A DNA stretch of 64,000 nt from Candidatus Omnitrophota bacterium. GTDB taxonomy: Bacteria; Omnitrophota; Gorgyraeia; Gygaellales; Profunditerraquicolaceae. The stretch is from assembly GCA_028716965.1 (NCBI GenBank), contig JAQUOV010000007.1, positions 58,795 to 122,794 on the forward strand. Reading direction: 5' to 3'. Of the stretch, positions 1 through 8,151 are shown piece after piece. Numbering within the stretch: position 1 is the first letter of the stretch; each line of letters begins with the position of its first letter. The notes beneath the pieces are model-generated. The model did not search any database, was not told where the DNA came from, and was given only the letters and a program-made list of their open reading frames with translations. The translations under genes were made by a program, and so were the position numbers.

Positions 1-2
1 AT

Positions 3-116
3 CATACCGCAATCCAGGGTGATGGCTATAAGACTTTAGAGGAGGGTCAGGAGGTTGAGTTTGATATCGAAAAAGGGCCCAAAGGTGAACAAGCTACTAA
101 AGTAGTGAAGTTATAA
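3..116 (+). CDS. Cold-shock protein (CspA family), 3' partial (C-terminal 37 aa)
   Basis: Frame-3 translation ...[35 protein letters not shown], typical C-terminus of a cold-shock domain. Stop at 114-116; the gene starts upstream of the window. Confidence 0.75.
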   Translation, partial: HTAIQGDGYKTLEEGQEVEFDIEKGPKGEQATKVVKL

Positions 117-123
117 TCCATCA

Positions 124-160
124 GGAAAACATAAGAAGCCCGGCATTTCCTGCCGGGCTT
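124..160 (+). terminator. Rho-independent terminator after the csp fragment
   Basis: GC-rich hairpin gaagcccggcatttcctgccgggcttc followed by tttgtt. Confidence 0.5.
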
Positions 161-245
161 CTTTGTTATAAGGGAAGCTTTAACTTCAGTTATCCAGGGC
201 ACTTGATTATTTTCCCGGAGTTTAAAAGTGTGTTATAATAAAATT

Positions 246-1313
246 ATGGATAAACAAGTATGCGTAGCCATGAGCGGCGGCGTGGATTCTTCGGTAGCGG
301 CGGCCATATTGCAAGAGCGGGGCTATAAGGTGTTCGGTTTGACCATGTATTTTAACCGGGCAAAGAATGCCGCAGGCAAGCCAGGCTGGTGCGGGTTAAG
401 CGGAGTTGAAGATGCCCGGCGGGTAGCGCGGAAGCTGGGGATCCGGCATTATGCCGTAAACCTGCATGAAGATTTCTCCCGCAAGGTAATCCATAATTTC
501 TGCCAGGAATACCTTCTTGGCAGGACCCCCAATCCCTGCGTAAGGTGCAATCAGCTTATAAAATTCGGCATCTTGCTCCAGAAGGCTTCCCGCCTGGGGG
601 CGCAGTTTTTGGCTACCGGTCATTATGCCCGGATTGTAAAAACAAGAGAAGGATATTTGCTCAGGAAAGCCAAAGATATTAAGAAAGACCAGTCTTATTT
701 TTTGTATCGTTTAAACCAGTATCAGCTTAAGAAAATCATTTTTCCTTTGGGCAGCTATACCAAGCCCCAGGTAAGAAGCATGGCTTTTTATTTTGGGCTT
801 AATGTGGCGGAAAAAAAAGATAGCCAGGAGATTTGTTTCTTGCCTGAAGGCGGATACGGTGACCTGATTAAGGCCCAAGGCTTGAATCGCGTTAAACCTG
901 GGTATCTGGTTGATGAGAACGGCGCTTTCATCGCTAAGCATAAAGGCATCCCATTTTATACCATAGGCCAGCGCCAGGGGCTGGGTATCGCCAAAGGTTA
1001 CCCTTTATATGTGACAAAGATAGACGCAAGCAGGAATCAAATCACCGTGGGCAGGCGCCAGGATGCATTTAAAAAAGAATTCCTGGTAAAAGACCTCCGT
1101 TTTCTTAGAGAGCCTTTCAAAAAGAAGGTTGAGATTAATGTGAGGATACGCTATAATCATAAGGAATCACTTGCCGTAGTTTACCCCGGTAAAGGTAAGT
1201 TGAGGATCTGTTTTAAACATCCGCAGTTTGCCATAACTTGCGGCCAATCCTCCGTCTTCTATCAACGGGATACCGTTTTAGGCGGGGGGATAATCGAGAA
1301 AGTATTAGGTTAA
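246..1313 (+). CDS. mnmA: tRNA-specific 2-thiouridylase MnmA
   Basis: PP-loop SGGVDSS near the N-terminus. Length and overall pattern (VFGLTMYF, CVRCN) fit MnmA. Start taken at MDKQV (ATG 246) inside the longer ORF that begins at 228. Confidence 0.88.
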   Translation: MDKQVCVAMSGGVDSSVAAAILQERGYKVFGLTMYFNRAKNAAGKPGWCGLSGVEDARRVARKLGIRHYAVNLHEDFSRKVIHNFCQEYLLGRTPNPCVRCNQLIKFGILLQKASRLGAQFLATGHYARIVKTREGYLLRKAKDIKKDQSYFLYRLNQYQLKKIIFPLGSYTKPQVRSMAFYFGLNVAEKKDSQEICFLPEGGYGDLIKAQGLNRVKPGYLVDENGAFIAKHKGIPFYTIGQRQGLGIAKGYPLYVTKIDASRNQITVGRRQDAFKKEFLVKDLRFLREPFKKKVEINVRIRYNHKESLAVVYPGKGKLRICFKHPQFAITCGQSSVFYQRDTVLGGGIIEKVLG

Positions 1314-1314
1314 G

Positions 1315-2232
1315 ATGATCAAAGAAGACAAAGAATTGGCCAGGAAGATAAAAGAACTGAAGAAGAAGCGCAATGCCATAATTTTAGCGCATAATTACCA
1401 GCTTCCCGAAGTACAGGATATCGCGGATTTCCGCGGGGATTCCCTTGAGCTATCGCGTATTGCTGCGAAAAATGATGCTAAAGTAATCGTTTTTTGCGGG
1501 GTATATTTTATGGCCGAGACCGCATCTATCCTTTGCCCCGATAAAAAAGTAATTATGCCGGATATATCTTCCGGCTGCCCGATGGCTAATATGATGACTG
1601 CCGAGGATTTAAGAAAACTTAAACAAAAACACCCTCAGGCGGTAGCCGTTGGGTATGTGAATACTTCTGCTGAGGTTAAGGCGGAATTGGATTATTGCTG
1701 TACGTCTACCAACGCCGTAGCAGTAGTCAGCGCGCTTAAAGACAAAAAAGAGATTATCTTTATCCCGGATAAATACCTGGCTGACTACGTATCTAAAAAG
1801 AGCGGTAGGAAGCTTATCAGTTGGCACGGGTTTTGCCCCACGCATGTTAAGATATTGCCGGAGGATCTAAAGAGAGAGAAGAAATTTCATCCCAAGGCAA
1901 AGGTGATGGTGCATCCGGAATGTTTATCCGGCGTAGTCGCCTTGGCGGATGCAGTGCTTTCCACCAGCCAGATGGGTAAATATGCCAGGGAAAACCCCGC
2001 AAAAGAATTTATCGTGGCTACGGAAGCCGGGTTGGTTTACCGGCTTAAACAGGACAACCCGGATAAAGAGTTTTATCCTGCCAGCGAAAGGGCGGTATGC
2101 CCGAATATGAAGCGCGCCACTCAGGAAAAAGTCCTCTGGGCTTTAGAGGAGCTTAAAGATGAAGTTAATGTCCCTGATGAGATTAGAAAGAAAGCGCGCC
2201 TGGCTATAGATCGCATGCTGGCGATTGCTTAA
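1315..2232 (+). CDS. nadA: Quinolinate synthase NadA
   Basis: 305 aa with the N-terminal NadA pattern ILAHNYQLPEVQDIADFRGDSLELSR and conserved Cys residues. Confidence 0.88.
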   Translation: MIKEDKELARKIKELKKKRNAIILAHNYQLPEVQDIADFRGDSLELSRIAAKNDAKVIVFCGVYFMAETASILCPDKKVIMPDISSGCPMANMMTAEDLRKLKQKHPQAVAVGYVNTSAEVKAELDYCCTSTNAVAVVSALKDKKEIIFIPDKYLADYVSKKSGRKLISWHGFCPTHVKILPEDLKREKKFHPKAKVMVHPECLSGVVALADAVLSTSQMGKYARENPAKEFIVATEAGLVYRLKQDNPDKEFYPASERAVCPNMKRATQEKVLWALEELKDEVNVPDEIRKKARLAIDRMLAIA

Positions 2233-2859
2233 ATGAATATCCCGGTCGTCTACGAGGATGATTGGTTGGTAATTGTTAATAAGCCGGCAGGGCTATTGAC
2301 TGTTCCTACCCCCAAGAAGGAACCGCGTACTTTGACAAGCATCTTAAACCAGGACGCGACAGAGAGGGGATTAAAGTGCAGCCTTTACCCCTGCCACCGC
2401 CTGGACCGGCAGACGTCAGGGCTTATAATTTATGCTAAAGGCAAAAGCATTGAAAAGAAGATGGCGGATGCCTTCCGCAACAGGCTGGTGCAGAAGAAAT
2501 ACATTGCTTTTGTGCATGGCAAGTTAGCGCACCCGGCGGGTAAGATTGATACCGTAATTGAAGGCAAGAATGCCGTCACAAAATATAGGGTTCTTGAAGA
2601 AAAAAGCAACTATAGCGTAGTAGAGGTTTATCCGCTTACCGGCAGGACCAACCAGATCCGTATCCATTTCAAGGGTATGCGCAACCCGCTGGTAGGCGAG
2701 GATAAATTTGTTTTCCGTAAAGATTTTGCCTTGCGTTTTAAACGCGTTTGCCTGGAAGCAGAAGAACTGCAATTCAGGCATCCGGTGACCGGGAAAAACT
2801 TAAAGATCAGCATTGATTTAGCGCAGGACCTGAAAGATTTTTTGGCCGGACATGATTAA
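2233..2859 (+). CDS. RluA-family pseudouridine synthase
   Basis: HRLDRQTSGLIIYAKG catalytic-Asp motif of the RluA/TruC family. 208 aa. Confidence 0.8.
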   Translation: MNIPVVYEDDWLVIVNKPAGLLTVPTPKKEPRTLTSILNQDATERGLKCSLYPCHRLDRQTSGLIIYAKGKSIEKKMADAFRNRLVQKKYIAFVHGKLAHPAGKIDTVIEGKNAVTKYRVLEEKSNYSVVEVYPLTGRTNQIRIHFKGMRNPLVGEDKFVFRKDFALRFKRVCLEAEELQFRHPVTGKNLKISIDLAQDLKDFLAGHD

Positions 2860-3595
2860 GTACATATTCTTAGGGATAGTGCAGGGGGTAACTGAATTCC
2901 TGCCGGTAAGCTCCTCAGGGCATTTAGTTATTTTACAGAAAATACTGGGTATTTCCGACGGGCAGATAGCTATATCCGTAGTTTTGCATCTGGGCACCCT
3001 ATTGGCGCTGGTCATCTTCTTCCGGAGGGGTATTTTAGACCTGCTGAAGAATCCAGGGCTTCTCGGGCTATTATTCGTAACCGTAATAATCACGGGAACT
3101 GTCGGGGTATTAGGCAAGGGTTTTTTTGAGGGTTTGTTTAGTTCCCCTAAGGCGGTAGGCGTAGCCTGGTTATGCACCGGGTTAATACTTATTTTTACCA
3201 GGAAGTTTTCCCGCTTAGACAGGAATAAACTTAAATTAAAAGATGCGTTTATATTAGGACTGACTCAATCCCTGGCGATTATCCCCGGGATTTCACGCTC
3301 AGGCATAACCATATCCACATTATTTTATAGAAGGATCCAGCGTGAACTTGCTTTTACTTTCTCATTCCTGATCTCTATCCCGGTGATTTTAGGCGCCACT
3401 GTTTTAGAGGCAAGAAAAATAGAGGCCTTAGCGCAGGGGGATATTAAAAACCTGGCTGCGGGGTTTATCTTTAGTTTCTTTAGCGGGCTGCTTGCGCTTT
3501 CATTCTTAAGGTTGGTTGTAAACAGGGCGAAATTGCATTATTTCGGGTATTACTGTTTTATTATGGCGGCAGTTACACTGCTGTTTATAAAATGA
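2852..3595 (+). CDS. uppP: Undecaprenyl-diphosphatase UppP/BacA
   Basis: VTEFLPVSSSGHL signature. Polytopic membrane protein of 247 aa. Confidence 0.85.
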   Translation: MIKYIFLGIVQGVTEFLPVSSSGHLVILQKILGISDGQIAISVVLHLGTLLALVIFFRRGILDLLKNPGLLGLLFVTVIITGTVGVLGKGFFEGLFSSPKAVGVAWLCTGLILIFTRKFSRLDRNKLKLKDAFILGLTQSLAIIPGISRSGITISTLFYRRIQRELAFTFSFLISIPVILGATVLEARKIEALAQGDIKNLAAGFIFSFFSGLLALSFLRLVVNRAKLHYFGYYCFIMAAVTLLFIK

Positions 3596-4491
3596 GCATA
3601 GTTGTTTTAGGCACAGTGGCATTGGATAGCGTAAATACCCCTTTCGGAAAACGCAAAGAGCTTTTGGGCGGTTCAGCAGCACATTTTTCCATGGCTGCCC
3701 GGCTTTTTACGAAGGTTAACCTGGTAGCGATAGTAGGAAAAGATTTTCCCCGCCAACATATCTCTTTCTTGGAAAGCAAGGATTTGAACCTCAGCTCTCT
3801 GATTATAGATAAAGGAAAGACCTTCCGCTGGGAAGGTGAATACAGGGGGGATTTAAATACAGCACTTACCTTAAATACAGAATTAGGGGTGCTCTCTGTA
3901 TTTAAACCGCGTATCTCTGCACAACAGAGCGGGATAAAAAATATATTTCTGGCAAATGTTGATCCGGATATCCAGGAGCATCTTTTGCGTAAGATGCGTA
4001 ATCCCCAATTAGTCGGTTTAGACAGCATGAACTATTGGATCAACAATAAACGCAAAGAATTAACCAGGCTGCTTAAACATGTGGACATTTATGTGGCAAA
4101 TGACCAGGAGGCGCGCGCATTAAGCGGAGAGACTAATATAATTAAGGCGGCAAAAGCGCTCAAGGGTTACGGGGCTAAGATGGTGTTGATTAAAAAGGGT
4201 GAGCACGGGGTCCTGTTTTATACCGATAAATTTATTTTTTCCCTTCCGGCATACCCGGTTGAAAAAGTAATCGACCCCACAGGCGCAGGCGATACATTTG
4301 CCGGAGGCTTTATGGGGTATTTAGCCAAAACCGGCAAGATCAACGCCCTGGCCATAAAAAAGGCGCTGGCTTACGGGACGGTGGCCGCCTCTTTTAATAT
4401 AGAAGATTTTGGGTTAAACAGGACCAGAAGGCTTATACCGCAGGATTTAGAAAGGCGTTTAAATAAGTTCAAGGATTGTTTTTTGTTTTAG
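3592..4491 (+). CDS. PfkB-family carbohydrate kinase
   Basis: C-terminal DPTGAGDTFAGGF anion-hole motif of ribokinase/PfkB kinases. Confidence 0.75.
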   Translation: MSIVVLGTVALDSVNTPFGKRKELLGGSAAHFSMAARLFTKVNLVAIVGKDFPRQHISFLESKDLNLSSLIIDKGKTFRWEGEYRGDLNTALTLNTELGVLSVFKPRISAQQSGIKNIFLANVDPDIQEHLLRKMRNPQLVGLDSMNYWINNKRKELTRLLKHVDIYVANDQEARALSGETNIIKAAKALKGYGAKMVLIKKGEHGVLFYTDKFIFSLPAYPVEKVIDPTGAGDTFAGGFMGYLAKTGKINALAIKKALAYGTVAASFNIEDFGLNRTRRLIPQDLERRLNKFKDCFLF

Positions 4492-4535
4492 TTTTATTAA
4501 AGTCGTTCTAGGCCATAAACGAAAAGGAGAAGTTT

Positions 4536-4988
4536 ATGTTGGAAGAGAGAATCCTTAATGATTACAAAGAAGCGATGAAATCCAGGGATACTTTAAAGAG
4601 CTCGGTCTTAAGCTTTTTGCGCGCCGATATGCTCAACCAGGCAACTGCCAAGAAAAAGGATAAGCTTGATGATCCGGAAATAGTTACTGTGATCAAGAAA
4701 CAGATCAAGCAGCGCCAGGATTCCATTGAGCAGTTTACCAAAGGCAACCGGCTTGAGATGGCGGAAAAGGAAAAGAAAGAATCGGATATACTTAAAGCCT
4801 ATCTGCCCCCGGAACTGTCGGTTGAACAGGTCAAGGCCTTGATCGAAGAGGCGGTTGTTTCAACAGGCGCCAGCGGCATAAAAGATATGGGCCGTTTGAT
4901 GAAAGAGCTGACTGTAAAGATATCCGGAGCGGCAGACGGCAAATTAGTCAGCGACCTGGTAAGGCAGAGACTTAGCAATCCCTCCTAA
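4536..4988 (+). CDS. GatB/YqeY domain protein
   Basis: 150-aa all-alpha protein. Its start (LNDYKEAMKSRD...LSFLRA) matches YqeY/GatB C-terminal domain proteins. RBS aaaggaga upstream. Confidence 0.7.
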   Translation: MLEERILNDYKEAMKSRDTLKSSVLSFLRADMLNQATAKKKDKLDDPEIVTVIKKQIKQRQDSIEQFTKGNRLEMAEKEKKESDILKAYLPPELSVEQVKALIEEAVVSTGASGIKDMGRLMKELTVKISGAADGKLVSDLVRQRLSNPS

Positions 4989-5003
4989 AAGAAAGCCTGA
5001 AGC

Positions 5004-6197
5004 ATGTTTTCTTCATTAAAAGTAAAATACTTCCGTATTTATTGGTTGGGGATGTTTGTTTCCCTGATCGGCACTAACATACAATTTGTGGCCCAGGGGT
5101 GGCTGGTATTCCAGTTGACAAACTCCGCGTTTCTTTTGGGGGTGGTGGGGTTCTTAAGCGCCATACCCGTATTCGTGCTTTCTTTATTCGGAGGGGTTTT
5201 AGCCGACCGGGCGGATAAAAGGAAGATACTTTTTTGTACTCAAATATCTTTCATGTTTCTGGCTTTTTTGCTGGCGGCCTTAACCCAATTTAAGCTTATC
5301 AAGCCCCAGCAAATTATGTTTATTGCCTTGTTTAACGGTATAGTTATGGCATTTGACGCCCCGGCCAGGCAGTCGATAGTGGTGGAGCTGGTAGGTAAAA
5401 AACATCTTTTTAACGCTATTACTTTAAATTCCGTAGCTTTTAATTCTTCGCGCATTATCGGGCCGGCAATCGCAGGGGTATTAATCTCGATAATCGGTAT
5501 GAGCGGCTGTTTTTATATAAACGGGGTAAGTTTTCTGGCAGTTATTGCCGCGCTTTCTTGGATCAAGCTTGGCAAAGACATAATGCAAAATAATAATTCC
5601 CCGCTGAAAGACCTTAAAGAAGGGCTTATTTTTGCCGGGTGCAATCGTTCTATACTGGGCCTGGTAAGTATGGTAGCAGTAATGAGCCTTTTTGGTTTCT
5701 CTTATATCATGCTTATGCCGGTTTTTGCCAGAAATGTACTTCATGTGGGAGCCCGGGGTCTTGGTATATTGATGTCAAGCGTAGGCCTGGGAGCTTTAAT
5801 CGGATCTCTCATTTTAGCCCGCCTGGGAGACTTTAAATACAAGGGCCGGCTGCTGGTCTGGTCCGTATTCTTATTTTCGCTGTTGCTGATCAATTTCTCT
5901 TTATCTAAAAACTATATCTGGTCGGTTGTCTCATTGATCTGCCTGGGGAGTATAAGCGTTCCCGCTACTGCCGTAATCAATACCTTGCTTCAAATTGAGG
6001 TACCGAATGAATTCCGTGGCAGGGTAATGAGCCTTTTTATGACTACTTTTGCCGGCATCATGCCATTTGGGAGTTTAATTACGGGGAGCCTGGCGCAGGC
6101 AATAGGAATTTCCGCGGCGTTGTTTTCGTGCGGTTTGATATGCTTTCTGTTGTTTGCTTTGATTAGTTTATTATTTCCGGTGATAAACCGGTTGTAG
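5004..6197 (+). CDS. MFS transporter
   Basis: 397 aa with about 12 predicted TM helices. GVLADRADKRK-type motif between TM2 and TM3. Confidence 0.7.
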   Translation: MFSSLKVKYFRIYWLGMFVSLIGTNIQFVAQGWLVFQLTNSAFLLGVVGFLSAIPVFVLSLFGGVLADRADKRKILFCTQISFMFLAFLLAALTQFKLIKPQQIMFIALFNGIVMAFDAPARQSIVVELVGKKHLFNAITLNSVAFNSSRIIGPAIAGVLISIIGMSGCFYINGVSFLAVIAALSWIKLGKDIMQNNNSPLKDLKEGLIFAGCNRSILGLVSMVAVMSLFGFSYIMLMPVFARNVLHVGARGLGILMSSVGLGALIGSLILARLGDFKYKGRLLVWSVFLFSLLLINFSLSKNYIWSVVSLICLGSISVPATAVINTLLQIEVPNEFRGRVMSLFMTTFAGIMPFGSLITGSLAQAIGISAALFSCGLICFLLFALISLLFPVINRL

Positions 6198-6326
6198 CAC
6201 ATTTTATTTGATTTATTTCAATATTTTGCTAAAATTAAGTTCAGTAAGGAGGTGAACTTAACCTTAATATCCCAAGATAGAAAAACGTCATAATAATTTT
6301 AATAAATTCCAGAGAGGAGAGTTGAA

Positions 6327-6758
6327 ATGAAGATGTTTTTAAGCTTTGCGTGCATAGCCTTGATGCTGGCTGCCTTATCCGGTTGCACCAAAAAACAGGA
6401 ATTAGAAGAACTGCAGCCTATAACTTTGGAATCTTTAGGCGCTGCCAATAGCCCGCTGCAGGGTGCTCCAGATTTGAAAACCCAGGAGGTTAATCTGCCT
6501 GCTGTGCCGGCCAAAGAATTAATGCCTTTGCCTCCGCAAGGGCCTTATAAGCCGACGAATATTGAGATCCAGACCGCTTTGAAGAACGCGGGTTTTTATT
6601 CCGGTAATATTGACGGCAAGATCGGCCCAAAGAGCAAGAAGGCGATCGAGGATTTCCAGAGCGCAAACGGCCTAAAAGTTGATGGAAAAGTTGGCGCCAA
6701 TACCTGGGGAGCATTGAGCAGGTATTTAAACATTGCTTCCAGCTCAGAGAAGAGGTAA
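6327..6758 (+). CDS. Lipoprotein with a C-terminal peptidoglycan-binding (PG_binding_1-like) domain
   Basis: Signal peptide with lipobox LSGC. C-terminus KNAGFYSGNIDGKIGPKSKKAIEDFQSANGLKVDGKVGANTW matches the PG-binding domain repeat. Confidence 0.65.
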   Translation: MKMFLSFACIALMLAALSGCTKKQELEELQPITLESLGAANSPLQGAPDLKTQEVNLPAVPAKELMPLPPQGPYKPTNIEIQTALKNAGFYSGNIDGKIGPKSKKAIEDFQSANGLKVDGKVGANTWGALSRYLNIASSSEKR

Positions 6759-6875
6759 TTAAGGAATCCGTTGTATCTTACGCTTCAAAACCCTGCCTTT
6801 TAGGGAGCAGGCCTGGCAAAGAGCGATGAGTATCCCGCCACGGATCTATCCTTGAGAATTCAGTTTTGTCCAAAA

Positions 6876-6912
6876 AGAATCCCGACAATTTCTGTTGGGA
6901 TTTCTTTTTGTA
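6876..6912 (+). terminator. Putative intrinsic terminator
   Basis: Hairpin gaatcccgacaatttctgttgggatttc followed by a T-run. Confidence 0.4.
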
Positions 6913-6932
6913 GTGCTATAATATAAACCAAT

Positions 6933-8150
6933 ATGGAGAAATTCCCGCGCAATTTCCTTTGGGGCGCTTCGACTTCAGCGCATCAGGTTGAAGGTAATAA
7001 TCTTTATAATGACTGGTGGCTTGCTGAGCAGTCCGGCGCCTTGAAAGAAGCTTCAAACCAGGCATGCCGGCATTATGAACTTTATGCCGCAGATTTCGCA
7101 ATCGCCAAAGAGCTGGAGCATAATTGCCACCGGTTTTCAATTGAATGGAGCCGTATTGAGCCGCAGGAGGGCTTATTCCGGGATTCCGAGATCAAGCATT
7201 ACCGTAAGGTTATTGCGGAGTTAAAGAATCTGGGGATTGAGCCGGTAGTTACCTTGCATCATTTCACCAGCCCCGCATGGTTTAGCCAAAGGGGCGGTTG
7301 GGCCAAGCCCAAACTGCAAAGATATTTCTTGCGTTTTGTAGAAAAGGTGGTTCAAGAATTCTCCGGAGATATAAAATTTTGGGTAACCATCAACGAGCCG
7401 CTGGTTTACTCTTCGCATTCTTATCTATTAGGCGTATGGCCGCCCAAGGAACGCTCTTTATTTAAGGCTGTCCAGGTTACCTTAAACATGGCCAAGGCGC
7501 ATATCCAGGCTTACCGCATCATACATAAAATTTACCAGGAGAAGAATTTAAGCAGGCCGATGGTCAGTATTGCAGCTAATTTACAGGCATTTGAGATCTG
7601 CCGGCCGACACTAAAAAACAAACTGGCAGCCTACCTGCGGCATAAACTATACAACCTTTATTTTATCGAATTGCTCCTGCGCAAGAAGACCCTGGATTAC
7701 ATCGGGGTAAATTATTACAGCAGGAACCTGGTGGACGTGGAAAACTGGCGGCTAAGGAGTTTATTGGTGGATACTTGCAAACATAACCATCACCCTTTGC
7801 GCAAGAATTCTTTGGGCTGGGATATTTATCCGCAGGGGCTGTATAAACTTCTTATTTCCCTTAAGCAGTACAACCTGCCCGTTTTAATCACCGAAAACGG
7901 GATATGCACCGAAGATGATGATTTGAGATGGGATTATATGCGTACGCATCTGGAACAACTGCATAACTCTATGCGGGAAGGGGTAAATGTCTTAGGGTAT
8001 ATTTACTGGTCGTTGATCGATAACTTCGAATGGGATAAAGGCTTTGTCCCGCGTTTCGGCCTGGTGGATATAAATTACCCCGAACAAAAACGCACGATCA
8101 GGCCAAGCGCAAGAAAGCTTGCCGCAGTCTTTAAGAGTGGTATGATTTAA
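6933..8150 (+). CDS. GH1 family beta-glucosidase
   Basis: N-terminal FLWGASTSAHQVEGN. Catalytic TINEP (acid/base) and ITENG (nucleophile) motifs. Confidence 0.85.
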   Translation: MEKFPRNFLWGASTSAHQVEGNNLYNDWWLAEQSGALKEASNQACRHYELYAADFAIAKELEHNCHRFSIEWSRIEPQEGLFRDSEIKHYRKVIAELKNLGIEPVVTLHHFTSPAWFSQRGGWAKPKLQRYFLRFVEKVVQEFSGDIKFWVTINEPLVYSSHSYLLGVWPPKERSLFKAVQVTLNMAKAHIQAYRIIHKIYQEKNLSRPMVSIAANLQAFEICRPTLKNKLAAYLRHKLYNLYFIELLLRKKTLDYIGVNYYSRNLVDVENWRLRSLLVDTCKHNHHPLRKNSLGWDIYPQGLYKLLISLKQYNLPVLITENGICTEDDDLRWDYMRTHLEQLHNSMREGVNVLGYIYWSLIDNFEWDKGFVPRFGLVDINYPEQKRTIRPSARKLAAVFKSGMI

Positions 8151-8151
8151 G

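Noticed and set aside
396-941. Minus-strand ORFs (75 and 76 aa) inside mnmA
   Set aside because: Antisense to a well-supported conserved gene. No RBS and no domain. Typical shadow ORFs.
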